Shown here piece after piece: positions 1 through 9,170 of a stretch of 64,000 bases of DNA (positions within the stretch are counted from its first letter, which is position 1; each line of letters begins with the position of its first letter). The notes beneath the pieces were generated by a model that worked only from the letters and a program-made list of their open reading frames with translations, was not told where the DNA came from and did not search any database. Source of the DNA: Deltaproteobacteria bacterium (GTDB lineage Bacteria > Bdellovibrionota_B > Oligoflexia > Oligoflexales > Bog-1112); the NCBI GenBank assembly GCA_947475005.1, contig CANJLI010000002.1:2256-66255 (forward strand), given 5' to 3'. The position numbers and the translations under genes were made by a program.

Positions 1-1
1 C

Positions 2-1855
2 AGAGAAGAGTGGGAGATTTTATCTGACTCCACCAAAGAAGCCACCCCTCCCACGAGGGAAGCCCTCGAAGAATCAGAGACACAGGAAAAATCGAAGAAA
101 AGAAAAACCCTACTCGAAGCCTACACTGTGAATCTGTGTGAAAAAGCCATCGCGGGGAAAATCGACCCCATCATCGGCCGAAAAGATGAGCTCGAGCGCA
201 CCATCCAAGTTCTCTGTCGTAGAAAAAAGAACAACCCACTTTTTGTCGGGGAATCGGGAGTTGGAAAGACAGCCATTGCAGAGGGACTTGCTTCTAAAAT
301 TGTGCAAAAAGAAGTACCCGAAATTCTACGAGGGGCCAAAGTTTACTCTCTCGATTTGGGCTCATTACTTGCAGGCACCAAATTCCGAGGGGATTTTGAA
401 CAACGTTTGAAAGGCCTCATTCAAGAATTAAAAGACATCCCACACTCCATCCTCTTCATTGATGAAATTCATACGATCATTGGAGCAGGGGCTGTAAGCG
501 GAGGTGCCATGGATGCCTCTAACATTTTAAAACCGTTTCTGGCTTCCGGTGAAATTCGATGTATCGGATCGACTACATACAAAGAATACCGTCAGTACAT
601 TGAAAATGACCATGCCCTGTCGCGCCGGTTCCAACGCATCCCTGTAGAAGAGCCAAATCAAGAAGATGCATTGGCAATTTTAAAGGGGCTGAAGAAACAC
701 TACGAGGACTATCACAATGTCCAATATTCGGTAGATGCATTACGAGGGGCTGTGGAACTTTCCTCTCTTCATTTGAAAGATCAACATCTGCCGGACAAAG
801 CCATCGATGTCATCGATGAAGTCGGAGCTCGTTTTTCTCTGAAGAAAAAGCCAGCTGGTGGGAAAATCCAAACCATCGGTTTGCAAGACATCAAAGAAAC
901 CATTGCGAAGATGGCACGCATTCCTGTGCAGCGATTGACTGTCGCTGGGAAAAACACACTACAAGACCTGGGCAACAAAATGCGGGCTGCCGTATTTGGT
1001 CAAGATTCTGCCGTTGAGTCCTTAGAGTCGGTGATCCAACTCTCGCGTTCTGGGCTCGCCCGTCAAGATCGCCCCATCGGATCCTTTCTCTTTGCAGGGC
1101 CCACAGGTGTTGGAAAAACGGAACTTGCAAAAATCCTCGCTCAAACTCTGGGCATTTCGTTTATTCGATTGGATATGAGCGAATACATGGAACGCCACGC
1201 CGTATCTCGATTGATCGGAGCCCCTCCAGGATATGTGGGGTACGAAGAAGGGGGATTACTCACCGATCAGGTGCACAAGCATCCCCATGCAGTTCTGCTA
1301 TTAGATGAAATCGAAAAGGCACATCCTGATGTGCATAACATTCTGCTGCAGATTATGGATCACGGGACATTGACGGATTCCAACGGCAGAAAGACCGATT
1401 TCCAAAGCATCATTCTCATTATGACCACCAACGTTGGGGCTGCAGATCTTGCCAGGGAATCCATCGGATTCACACGCACTCAGATGGAGAGTGGAAAAGA
1501 CAAAGCTGCGCTGACACAGGCTTTCTCCCCTGAATTTCGAAACCGATTGGATCGCATCGTTACCTTTGCTCCATTGGCTGAAGTGACGCTACTTCAAATT
1601 GTGGATAAATTTTTGGGTGAATTGCGTGAGTTACTCGAGAAGAAACGTGTGACGTTGGTGGTGAGTGACGCAGCGAAGCAGTGGCTTGGGAAAAAGGGCT
1701 ACGACCCTGCCTACGGCGCACGTCCGATGCATCGGACCATTCAGGATTGGATTAAAAAACCACTCGCCCAAGAGCTCCTCTTTGGAAAACTATCGAAGGG
1801 TGGCACCGTCTCGATTGATGTGGAACAAGCGGAGCTTGTATTTAGTTATTCTTGA
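2..1855 (+). CDS. clpA: ATP-dependent Clp protease ATP-binding subunit ClpA (5' end off-window)
   Basis: Frame is open from position 2 (..LEAYTVNL.. precedes the listed Met). Two AAA+ modules with Walker A GESGVGKT and GPTGVGKT. Length and C-terminus fit ClpA. Confidence 0.92.
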   Translation, partial: REEWEILSDSTKEATPPTREALEESETQEKSKKRKTLLEAYTVNLCEKAIAGKIDPIIGRKDELERTIQVLCRRKKNNPLFVGESGVGKTAIAEGLASKIVQKEVPEILRGAKVYSLDLGSLLAGTKFRGDFEQRLKGLIQELKDIPHSILFIDEIHTIIGAGAVSGGAMDASNILKPFLASGEIRCIGSTTYKEYRQYIENDHALSRRFQRIPVEEPNQEDALAILKGLKKHYEDYHNVQYSVDALRGAVELSSLHLKDQHLPDKAIDVIDEVGARFSLKKKPAGGKIQTIGLQDIKETIAKMARIPVQRLTVAGKNTLQDLGNKMRAAVFGQDSAVESLESVIQLSRSGLARQDRPIGSFLFAGPTGVGKTELAKILAQTLGISFIRLDMSEYMERHAVSRLIGAPPGYVGYEEGGLLTDQVHKHPHAVLLLDEIEKAHPDVHNILLQIMDHGTLTDSNGRKTDFQSIILIMTTNVGAADLARESIGFTRTQMESGKDKAALTQAFSPEFRNRLDRIVTFAPLAEVTLLQIVDKFLGELRELLEKKRVTLVVSDAAKQWLGKKGYDPAYGARPMHRTIQDWIKKPLAQELLFGKLSKGGTVSIDVEQAELVFSYS

Positions 1856-1862
1856 TTTTTTT

Positions 1863-1900
1863 AACTACCCAGGTAGTTGCCTTTTTCTTTTTATTTTTTT
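1863..1900 (+). terminator. Weak intrinsic terminator after clpA
   Basis: Stem aactac/gtagtt (1863-1878) followed by a long T-rich tract. The same architecture follows tRNA-Gly at 51370-51394. Confidence 0.45.
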
Positions 1901-1907
1901 ATTTTGT

Positions 1908-2372
1908 GGAACCAGCTGCGCAGTTTCCACACCTCCTTGCCTCGCAAGGGGAGAACGGGTTGGATTCCTTTCGGTTACCATTTGAGGGGCCAAGGCCGGC
2001 GCTCGCTCGGGGCCTCCCACCCTCTCAAAATCGCAGACAGAATCTTCGTCATAGAAGTAAGATCTCGGCTGCGATTTGTGACCCGGGTAGGGTCCCCCCA
2101 AGCGGCTGCCCTTGGCCCCTCAAATGGTAACCGAAAGGAATCCGATCGATCTCTCCCGTAGCTGCAAAGATCTGGTAGCAGCGAGAGAACGGAGGGCCAT
2201 TTCTAGAATGGCGCGCCAAAAATGGGATTGGGTCCACCTACCTTTTTAGAATAGGGACACTCGCCAAAGGCGAGTGTCCCTATTCTAAAAAGGTAGGTGG
2301 ACCCAATCCAGGAGGTGGACCCAATCCAGTTGCGAAGCAAGGAAGGCCTGGAAAACTGCGCAGCTGGTTTCC
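1908..2372. repeat. Composite twin-hairpin palindromic element, copy 1 (hybrid right half)
   Basis: Terminal inverted repeat ggaaccagctgcgcagtttcc (1908-1928) vs ggaaaactgcgcagctggtttcc (2350-2372). Long hairpin 1962-2143 has 34-bp perfect arms. Homologous to 51414-51933 and 56272-56789. Confidence 0.85.
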
Positions 2373-2409
2373 AGAAAAAAAAGAAAAAAGAAAAAAGAAA
2401 AAAGAAGTG

Positions 2410-3318
2410 CTACTTAGCACAAAGAGAAACAAAGGCAGGAGAAATAACCCCCATCGCACAAAGCCCATTTGGCACCCCACCGACAGGTACATCCACCGTT
2501 TGAAGAGAGGGGAGATGAAACAAATATTGATAATCCTTTGCAGGATTTTTTTGAATCCCCAAGCTCTCCAATCCTGTTAGTCCTTGAAGAAAAGAAAAAC
2601 TACCAAACCGGTTGTTGGATATATTCAAAGTTTTCAACCCGCTCAAATAGGTCAGCACAGCTCCATCTGAAAGTTGGTTATTCGAAAGATTGATCGCGGT
2701 AAGAGCAGAAAATCCAAACAAAGGCGCAATCTCCACAATGCCTTTGCCAGAAAGATCCAAACTCGTCAAAGCAGCGAGTGCCGTAAAAGAATCCTGACAC
2801 GTGGATTTTCCAACGACACTTTCTAGTACAGTTACTGTTTTTTTACCGGCTGCAGAGAGGCTATGGCTGATGCAATATCGATAATAATTGGGCTGAGAGG
2901 TGGCATCTACACATGCAACACCGTCCCAAGCTTGGTTTTCATCTTTGCAAACACCCGGTTTTTCCTCCGTAGGTAAATAGCACTCTTGATTCCCCCACAC
3001 AAATCCAACCCCTTGCAATAAGCAATTTACTTTTGCCAATTGCAGTTTAGGTACACAAGCCATAGTGCCCGCGTCCCAGGCCTTCTTTGTATCTGTTTTG
3101 CAAGCAGCTTCTTGCTGAACCGCAATCTCTGGGTTGTAACACACTTCATTTTGAAAGACATAACCTGCACCTTTTTGCGTACAAGCTTGCAGCCGATCTT
3201 GCACTGCCGCATTTTTCGCATCCAGAGAATACGCATTCCCTAGAGCAGCTTGTTTCTTACAAGAAAACCCAAAACTGAAAATACCCATCCACAGCATACC
3301 GATATAAAAACGCCCCAT
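2410..3318 (-). CDS. Lipoprotein with C-terminal leucine-rich repeats
   Basis: Signal peptide ending ..FGFSC (lipobox-like). Cys-rich middle region. LxxLxLxxN-type repeats (LTSLDLSGKGI, LTAINLSNNQL, LKTLNISNNRF). Confidence 0.8.
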   Translation of the reverse strand: MGRFYIGMLWMGIFSFGFSCKKQAALGNAYSLDAKNAAVQDRLQACTQKGAGYVFQNEVCYNPEIAVQQEAACKTDTKKAWDAGTMACVPKLQLAKVNCLLQGVGFVWGNQECYLPTEEKPGVCKDENQAWDGVACVDATSQPNYYRYCISHSLSAAGKKTVTVLESVVGKSTCQDSFTALAALTSLDLSGKGIVEIAPLFGFSALTAINLSNNQLSDGAVLTYLSGLKTLNISNNRFGSFSFLQGLTGLESLGIQKNPAKDYQYLFHLPSLQTVDVPVGGVPNGLCAMGVISPAFVSLCAK

Positions 3319-3473
3319 AATATCCCCTCACTTCTTTCATTCTGGGAGGACACCGCGATGGAGTGCCCCCTTGACCCACGAGTATCCCTATACTACCAAA
3401 AAAAGAATAATTGAGCCCTCTAGCAAAACCAGATACAATTCCACACACATCTATATGATTGGAGAGACATACC

Positions 3474-4544
3474 GTGCGCACTCCCTCAAGCGTAAAATCG
3501 ATATCCACATGCCTCAGCTTCCTACTACTGCCGGTGGCATGTATTCCCCAAACGCCCCCCCCACAAGAACCGGTGCATGTATGCCCGAAGCCCAAGGCCC
3601 TACCCTGTGCCTCCAAATCCCCAACCCTGCCTCGGGGAGCCTCTGACAAATGGATTAAACTGCAGCGTGTCGATGCAGAGATTACGGACGAAGAAACTCG
3701 TTCCTTTCAACAAATCTCTAAAAAAGGCTCTGATCTGGACTTACAGATGGCACTTCTTACTGCCGCCACCCTGCAGCTCTGCATCAAACAGTCCAAAATG
3801 CTCGATGTCGTAGCGACCGAATGGGGGATCTCCCTCGTGGAGCAATTTGAACACAACCCATTTCTGCAAAATTATGACGCTCAAGTGTTGCTCCTTACCT
3901 CCCTGGCTCGTTGCGGCATCCAAAATCCAGAGATGGGTACCTTGTTACAAACTGGAGTCCATCAACGCCAAGAAAAATGGAGCCACCTCTCCCAACTCTT
4001 TCCTCAAATTCAACCTGCTGGCATAACCGCACCGGTTCCAGCTTCTCTACCCCCTGTTGCGACACCGGTTACTGCAACCATAACCCCTACACCTGCAGTT
4101 GTAGTACCTCCAACCCCCGCTCTGCCTGCAGCAGCCCCCGCTCCCGCAGCCACCCCTGAGGCACAGACCTTCGATAAAAAACTGGAAGAAGTGGACCACC
4201 TAGCTGACTCAACGGACCCCCAAGAGCGAAAAAAGGCCATCGAAACCCTACGGGCCTTGCAGAGCGAATCCCCTAAAAATCAAGCCACCTATGGCATGCT
4301 AACAGAAAAACTGGCCACCATCTGTGAGCAAGCGGTCCAACAGTTGCGTGCCCTTGCAGCTAAGCAGTTTCAGGATGCACTCCCCCTCCCTGAGGGCACC
4401 ATGCGCACGGAGTACCTACAAGCAGCCGAAAAATCCTTGCAACAAGCGATGACGTACAAAGAAGCAAAACCAAAAACTCTCCAACGTGTAGAGGAAAACC
4501 TGAATATCATTCAGGAAAATATGAAAAAACCCACTCGTCCCTAG
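3474..4544 (+). CDS. Hypothetical exported protein with Pro/Ala/Thr-rich linker
   Basis: Long ORF. GTG at 3474 is preceded by ggagag with a 7-nt spacer. N-terminal hydrophobic segment ..LSFLLLPVAC. No family recognised. The listed start at 3459 is a TTG. Confidence 0.65.
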   Translation: MRTPSSVKSISTCLSFLLLPVACIPQTPPPQEPVHVCPKPKALPCASKSPTLPRGASDKWIKLQRVDAEITDEETRSFQQISKKGSDLDLQMALLTAATLQLCIKQSKMLDVVATEWGISLVEQFEHNPFLQNYDAQVLLLTSLARCGIQNPEMGTLLQTGVHQRQEKWSHLSQLFPQIQPAGITAPVPASLPPVATPVTATITPTPAVVVPPTPALPAAAPAPAATPEAQTFDKKLEEVDHLADSTDPQERKKAIETLRALQSESPKNQATYGMLTEKLATICEQAVQQLRALAAKQFQDALPLPEGTMRTEYLQAAEKSLQQAMTYKEAKPKTLQRVEENLNIIQENMKKPTRP

Positions 4545-4625
4545 GTAAAAAATACCGATAGCCTCCTTCTTCTTTCTTTTTATTCCCTGCCGATAGGATA
4601 CATAGTCCTTTCACAGGGAGTTTCT

Positions 4626-5987
4626 ATGAAATCGATGCCTGCTGCCACCCTGACCTCTCACCGAGCCTTGCTGCACAACCAATCCGGTGCCCATACCCAG
4701 TATTTGGCTGCACTCGAGGCCTATTGGGATGAAAGACCTCTTCGCACCATGAAACTGATCGCAGAAGCCCTGGTATCGAATCAGGGGACAGCGACTCAAT
4801 TTCCTCTCTATCGCTTGTGGATCGAGCAAAGCGCCCAACGAAACGAAATGGATTCCTTACACAGCTTGCTGCAATTTTTGCTCGAAGAGAGCGTAACGGA
4901 TGCAGACATTACCTGGGTAGCCCTTCGCGGCCTGATTCATTTGGAGCTGGAAGAAATTGGGGCCTGCAAATTACTGCTTCCTTTTCTCGCAAAGGAAGCA
5001 AAAAACCCCTACTGCCTTGAATTCCTATGCAAGTACCACAACCGCACCTCTGCAGCTTACTATGGATTTTCCTTACGCAACACCCAACTGCCCAGCTTGG
5101 ATTATTTCCACTGGCTCCCCGTTTTGTCCCATGCACCCGTAGAGGCAGAGACCTTTGCCTTCCTAGCCGAGGCCTTTCCCCACAGCCCCCTGGTAACCTT
5201 CTGCCAATTGCAGCATGCCCTTGCAACCATGCCCAAAAAGACGTTGATTGCGTACACACAGACCGAATTGGAAGCTCTTCACACTCGATACTCCCACAGC
5301 CATACCTGGCAATATTGTGCCAACACCTGGAAAGCCCTCCACACCAAAAAGAGAGCCGACGCCCAAACGGTGGCCCAAGGAGAGCATCGAATGGAACCGC
5401 GTCTCTATCAATTATTTCGTGGATTTGTAGCCGCAGGGGGACTTGCCCCCTTACTACCCAATGAACAAAAGGACAGTCTGGAATCAGCGAATTTGCCCGC
5501 AACTCCATATAAAGCGGAAGAGCCTGAAACTCCAGCACTCCAGCAGCAAAGCTGGCTGTTTTTGCTGTCCCCTCATGCGTATTACGAATGGATGCAAGAT
5601 ACCTCTGATGGCATACGAGAAATTCCAGCTGCCCCTTCCATGCAGCATCGAGACACGATCTGCTGGGGAAGTTCCTTTACAGAATCGAGCAAAACCGGCT
5701 ATCGCATCGGAGGCCTTCTGGAAGTCCTCACCGCACCCAAATTCCACCCCCTGTGGAAACATTCTGTTTCTGTTCGACTCCTGGATCACCAAGGTGAATC
5801 TATTCCCCTGGAGTTGTTTCTGGCAAAGGACCAGCTTCACCAAGTTGAAAGTGCAAATCTCGCTTTTTGTCTTCTAAAAGAGGCCGAATTTATAGCGATA
5901 TTGAGCCAGATGGAGCGACACCAAGGGGAAAAACAGGTGGAAGTAGAAGTGGAAGTTCCGATTCAGCAGTATGCGGAGGTATCTTAG
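4626..5987 (+). CDS. Hypothetical protein (453 aa), no recognisable domain
   Basis: ATG preceded by agggag with a 5-nt spacer. Uninterrupted 453-codon frame. The antisense 209-aa ORF is treated as a shadow. Confidence 0.7.
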   Translation: MKSMPAATLTSHRALLHNQSGAHTQYLAALEAYWDERPLRTMKLIAEALVSNQGTATQFPLYRLWIEQSAQRNEMDSLHSLLQFLLEESVTDADITWVALRGLIHLELEEIGACKLLLPFLAKEAKNPYCLEFLCKYHNRTSAAYYGFSLRNTQLPSLDYFHWLPVLSHAPVEAETFAFLAEAFPHSPLVTFCQLQHALATMPKKTLIAYTQTELEALHTRYSHSHTWQYCANTWKALHTKKRADAQTVAQGEHRMEPRLYQLFRGFVAAGGLAPLLPNEQKDSLESANLPATPYKAEEPETPALQQQSWLFLLSPHAYYEWMQDTSDGIREIPAAPSMQHRDTICWGSSFTESSKTGYRIGGLLEVLTAPKFHPLWKHSVSVRLLDHQGESIPLELFLAKDQLHQVESANLAFCLLKEAEFIAILSQMERHQGEKQVEVEVEVPIQQYAEVS

Positions 5988-6122
5988 AGCATGCCCCCTC
6001 CGTATGCGAAAGTTTCTTAGAGCATGCCCCCTCCGTCATCCCAAGGCTGCGTAGCAGCCGTATGGGATCTCGATAAAAACACAGGGATCCCATACGGTCC
6101 CTTCGGGACCTTGGGATGACGG
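5983..6122. repeat. Palindromic repeat, P module (full copy) plus 21-bp direct repeat
   Basis: cttagagcatgccccctccgt occurs twice (5983-6003, 6016-6036). Then ccgtcatcccaagg..ccttgggatgacgg (6033-6122) with inner hairpins gctgcgtagcagc, ccgtatgggatc/gatcccatacgg and gtcccttcgggac. Lies between convergent genes. Confidence 0.85.
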
Positions 6123-6129
6123 ACTGCGC

Positions 6130-6828
6130 TCAGTATGGCGGAGGGGATTTCAATAGATCAGCCCGATAGGTCCTCGTCACCATTTCGCTCTGTTCTTTTC
6201 TCCACAGCGCAATGGCGGCATGATCGCCTGATCGCAAGACCGCAGGTACTTCGACTCCCTCAAAAACTTCGGGCCGTGTGTACAAGGGATGTTCCAGTCC
6301 GTAGTTCATACCGCTGGCAAAAGAATCCTGCGTAGCGCTATCTGCATGACCGAGAACTCCAGGGTAGCCACGCACAAGGGAATCCACCAGAGCAAGAGCC
6401 GGGATTTCGCCCCCAGAAAGGACAAAGTCCCCGAGGGAAATCTGAGTTTCTACATATCGATCGAGAAAGCGCTGATCGATACCCGCAAACCGACCACAGA
6501 GCAGCAACAAGTCACGCCCCTCCGTTTGGAGCTGGGTCGCCCGAGGCTGAGTCCATACGGAGCCACCGGGACTAAAGGCGATCACATGAACATTCGGAGT
6601 ACGGTGAGCTTCCAGCGCCTTAACCAAAGGCTCAGGGCGGAGCACCATGCCATCTCCACCGCCATAGGGACGGTCGTCTACCGTGCCATGACGGTCGATG
6701 GCAAAATCTCGCAGCTGTACAATGCGCAAATCGATGACACCCAACTGGATGGCACGACGCAACACGCCGAATTGGCTATAAGATTCAAAGACAGGGGGAT
6801 GAAGGGTGATTACTGTGATTCGCTGCAT
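6130..6828 (-). CDS. trmD: tRNA (guanine37-N1)-methyltransferase
   Basis: Translation shows TrmD hallmarks (..DDRPYGGGDGMVL.., ..SLGDFVLSGGE..). Sits in the rpsP-rimM-trmD order. Confidence 0.93.
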   Translation of the reverse strand: MQRITVITLHPPVFESYSQFGVLRRAIQLGVIDLRIVQLRDFAIDRHGTVDDRPYGGGDGMVLRPEPLVKALEAHRTPNVHVIAFSPGGSVWTQPRATQLQTEGRDLLLLCGRFAGIDQRFLDRYVETQISLGDFVLSGGEIPALALVDSLVRGYPGVLGHADSATQDSFASGMNYGLEHPLYTRPEVFEGVEVPAVLRSGDHAAIALWRKEQSEMVTRTYRADLLKSPPPY

Positions 6829-7403
6829 GGCGTCTTTTGTTCCACAGGCGCCACAGGGACTCGGTCCCAGAGATCCTCAAGAATGTCTGCGTTCACCGTC
6901 AGGTGTACGTGCTTTTGCGCCTTCGCGCGCGCCACATCAAAATGGAAGTAGCTTTCCACAAAGGGTACTTCCAACCAGTCGCCCGCTGGGGACTCGATCT
7001 GGGCATTGAGGGTAGCGCCATGGTGCACAAACTCTCGCAGCACACCCAGGGCCTGGCCCTCCGCATCCAGTACAGTGCAGTAACTCCAAGGGGCATGGGG
7101 ATCTGAAAAGAATTTGGCATCCAACCAAAGAGCAATGCCGGTATTCGTTTCTACATCGGTGCGATCTGCGATCTCTTTCACGTGAAGCAAATCACGGCCC
7201 TGCATCACCTGATGGCTCGCAATCGTAACCGCGCGACTATCCGCCAAGCTGGCGCCCAGACGAGCTGGATATGAAGTCGCAGGTTCGAGACAGAGCAAGG
7301 CGCTGCGTCCAGAAAGAAAGAAATCTCCGCGCACACCATGGGGACGGCCCACAGCACCGATGCAGATTATTTCTGGGGTCAGATTTTGCACGGGAGTTTT
7401 CAA
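6810..7403 (-). CDS. rimM: 16S rRNA processing protein RimM
   Basis: ..IGAVGRPHGVRGDFFL.. N-terminal motif. Located between rpsP and trmD. Confidence 0.9.
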   Translation of the reverse strand: MKTPVQNLTPEIICIGAVGRPHGVRGDFFLSGRSALLCLEPATSYPARLGASLADSRAVTIASHQVMQGRDLLHVKEIADRTDVETNTGIALWLDAKFFSDPHAPWSYCTVLDAEGQALGVLREFVHHGATLNAQIESPAGDWLEVPFVESYFHFDVARAKAQKHVHLTVNADILEDLWDRVPVAPVEQKTPCSESQ

Positions 7404-7405
7404 TG

Positions 7406-7669
7406 TTAGACAGAAGGTGTGCGGGTAAGGGAAATCTTTTGGATCTTTACCAAGCTCTTCACAGCGTCAGATAACTGAGCGCCTTTGCTAAACCAGTATT
7501 GAACGCGCTCTCCATTTACTTCCACAACAGACGGCTCGCGGGTAGGATCATAGTGACCCAATTTTTCGATGAAACGACCATCTCGGGCGTTTCGGCTGTC
7601 GGTAGCTACCAAATGGTAGAACGGGCGATGAGTAGAGCCTTTGCGTTGTAGGCGGATGCTTACGGCCAT
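7406..7669 (-). CDS. rpsP: 30S ribosomal protein S16
   Basis: MAVSIRLQRKGSTHRPFYHLVATDSRNARDGRFIEKLGHYDP is a typical S16 N-terminus. Confidence 0.95.
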   Translation of the reverse strand: MAVSIRLQRKGSTHRPFYHLVATDSRNARDGRFIEKLGHYDPTREPSVVEVNGERVQYWFSKGAQLSDAVKSLVKIQKISLTRTPSV

Positions 7670-7829
7670 GGTATAGGGTCCCCTTTCTCAATAGGTACGG
7701 GTCACTTAAATAATGTAAAGAAGGTTCTGCGGTGTAGCAAAACACATTCTACTATTCCCGAAAAGAGGGGCAGTGTAGCATAGAAAATTGCACAGTGCGA
7801 GATCTTTCCAATTGTCAGGAGGTAAGAGG

Positions 7830-9170
7830 GTGGGTAAACGAAGCATAGGTTCTTTTTTCTTTTTTATTGGCACGTTATTGCTGAACGCCCCCTTGGCAGC
7901 CGAGAATGTGAAGATAACGGGGCAGGTCAACAGCGCGTCCATCACCGCGAACATCGTGGTTTCCAATATCGCTGCGACGACGGTGCCCACCCCCAATGAC
8001 CAGAATAGTTTGTTTGCACTATTGAAAATTGCACTTCCATCTACCTCAAACGGAGGGCAAACCCAATCTGACAGCAACCCGGTGCTGAATGACCCCAATC
8101 AGGCTACAACAGGCCTAAACCGCAATTTTTATTGGGATTCTAACAAAACTGCGACGGCTACCACCGATCCCAACTCGGGGCTTGTGACCATCACGTATGC
8201 AATCACCCTCGTTCCCAATACCGGCATAACACCGCCGGGCTCTATTGCAGGCGTCACAGACCAAAATACCAAACAGGTGACGGTATCTGTGTCTTTTAAC
8301 AGCGGGACTGCACAGCTACAAGCCTTAGCTGTCTTGTTCTCCAAGCCTGCCGCTCTGACTACATGCTCGCTACCCGTCGGTATTAACCTAGGTATTCTAC
8401 TCGCATGCCCCACGACAGTTTCCGCTGTAGCCAACACCCAGAGCACGACCCAAGCGGTGAGCAACTATACGATGTTCGTCGTGGACCCTGATTTTTCCGA
8501 TACGGCCACCTTAGATGCCAAAATCGTGGACAATACTGCAGGTATTGATACAGCTACGACTTGTACCGTGGATATGAGTACGGATACTCCCGATTGTGTA
8601 ACCTGTACAGGAACCGGCGATATTTACCTGCTTACCGCACAGAGCAACGCCCTTGTACAAAGCAAATTGTTTCCTATAAGAACAGGCTTACAAGCACTCA
8701 ATGGCTTGAACCCAGATAAAACCTACACTGTGATCTACCAGTATGAGAACTCTACGAAGCGGGCTTGCAAGCAGGTAACCCCCATCGAGACCTACTTGGT
8801 CTCCGATTTGGAAAACCCAGATAACCCGCCTGAATTTGGAGATCCCCGTTGTTTTGTAGTCTCCGCTACCCATGGCAAAAACAGCTCCATTGCGGATACC
8901 TACCGATGGGGACGGGATCGTTTCCTGATGCCCTTTGCTACAGGGCGAGCGCTTATGGACTGGTACTATAAGACGAGTGAGCCCTTCGCCACCTACCTCA
9001 CCACAGCCCCGGTCTTGCGCAATGTGCTGTACGGCGCTCTTTTGCTACCAGCTGGCGGGATTTTGATGCTAAAGAGTGTCATGGGACTGTCCCAGGTTGA
9101 ACTCTCGATCTTGCTACTGATTATGGGCGCGATGGGCTGGGTGTGTTTGAAGCAGAAAAAGAGGCGCTAG
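7830..9170 (+). CDS. Secreted Thr/Ser/Asn-rich surface protein with Cys-containing C-terminal module and TM anchor
   Basis: GTG at 7830 is preceded by aggagg with a 7-nt spacer (the listed start at 7788 is a TTG). Signal peptide ..LLLNAPLAAEN. C-terminus CFVVSATHG..YRWGRDRFL..DWYYKTSEPFA followed by a hydrophobic helix and KQKKRR. Confidence 0.75.
   Translation: MGKRSIGSFFFFIGTLLLNAPLAAENVKITGQVNSASITANIVVSNIAATTVPTPNDQNSLFALLKIALPSTSNGGQTQSDSNPVLNDPNQATTGLNRNFYWDSNKTATATTDPNSGLVTITYAITLVPNTGITPPGSIAGVTDQNTKQVTVSVSFNSGTAQLQALAVLFSKPAALTTCSLPVGINLGILLACPTTVSAVANTQSTTQAVSNYTMFVVDPDFSDTATLDAKIVDNTAGIDTATTCTVDMSTDTPDCVTCTGTGDIYLLTAQSNALVQSKLFPIRTGLQALNGLNPDKTYTVIYQYENSTKRACKQVTPIETYLVSDLENPDNPPEFGDPRCFVVSATHGKNSSIADTYRWGRDRFLMPFATGRALMDWYYKTSEPFATYLTTAPVLRNVLYGALLLPAGGILMLKSVMGLSQVELSILLLIMGAMGWVCLKQKKRR

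Noticed and set aside
2373-2408. A-rich tract with gaaaaaa repeats considered as a phase-variation tract for the LRR lipoprotein.
   Set aside because: It lies downstream of the stop codon (2410-2412), not in the coding or promoter sequence. Equivalent A/T tracts flank all three copies of the large repeat, so it is part of the element boundary or the terminator.
1852-2503. Multiple 60-95 aa ORFs on both strands inside repeat copy 1. Equivalents occur at 51380-52005 and 56309-56823.
   Set aside because: They lie in palindromic DNA, so both strands read open. The same nucleotides are read in different frames in different copies, and 1-nt indels between copies break any common frame. No RBS was seen.
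3371-3646. Alternative-frame 91-aa ORF overlapping the start of the 3474-4544 gene.
   Set aside because: It is much shorter than the competing frame, which has a better RBS (ggagag with a 7-nt spacer before GTG 3474) and continues for 356 codons.
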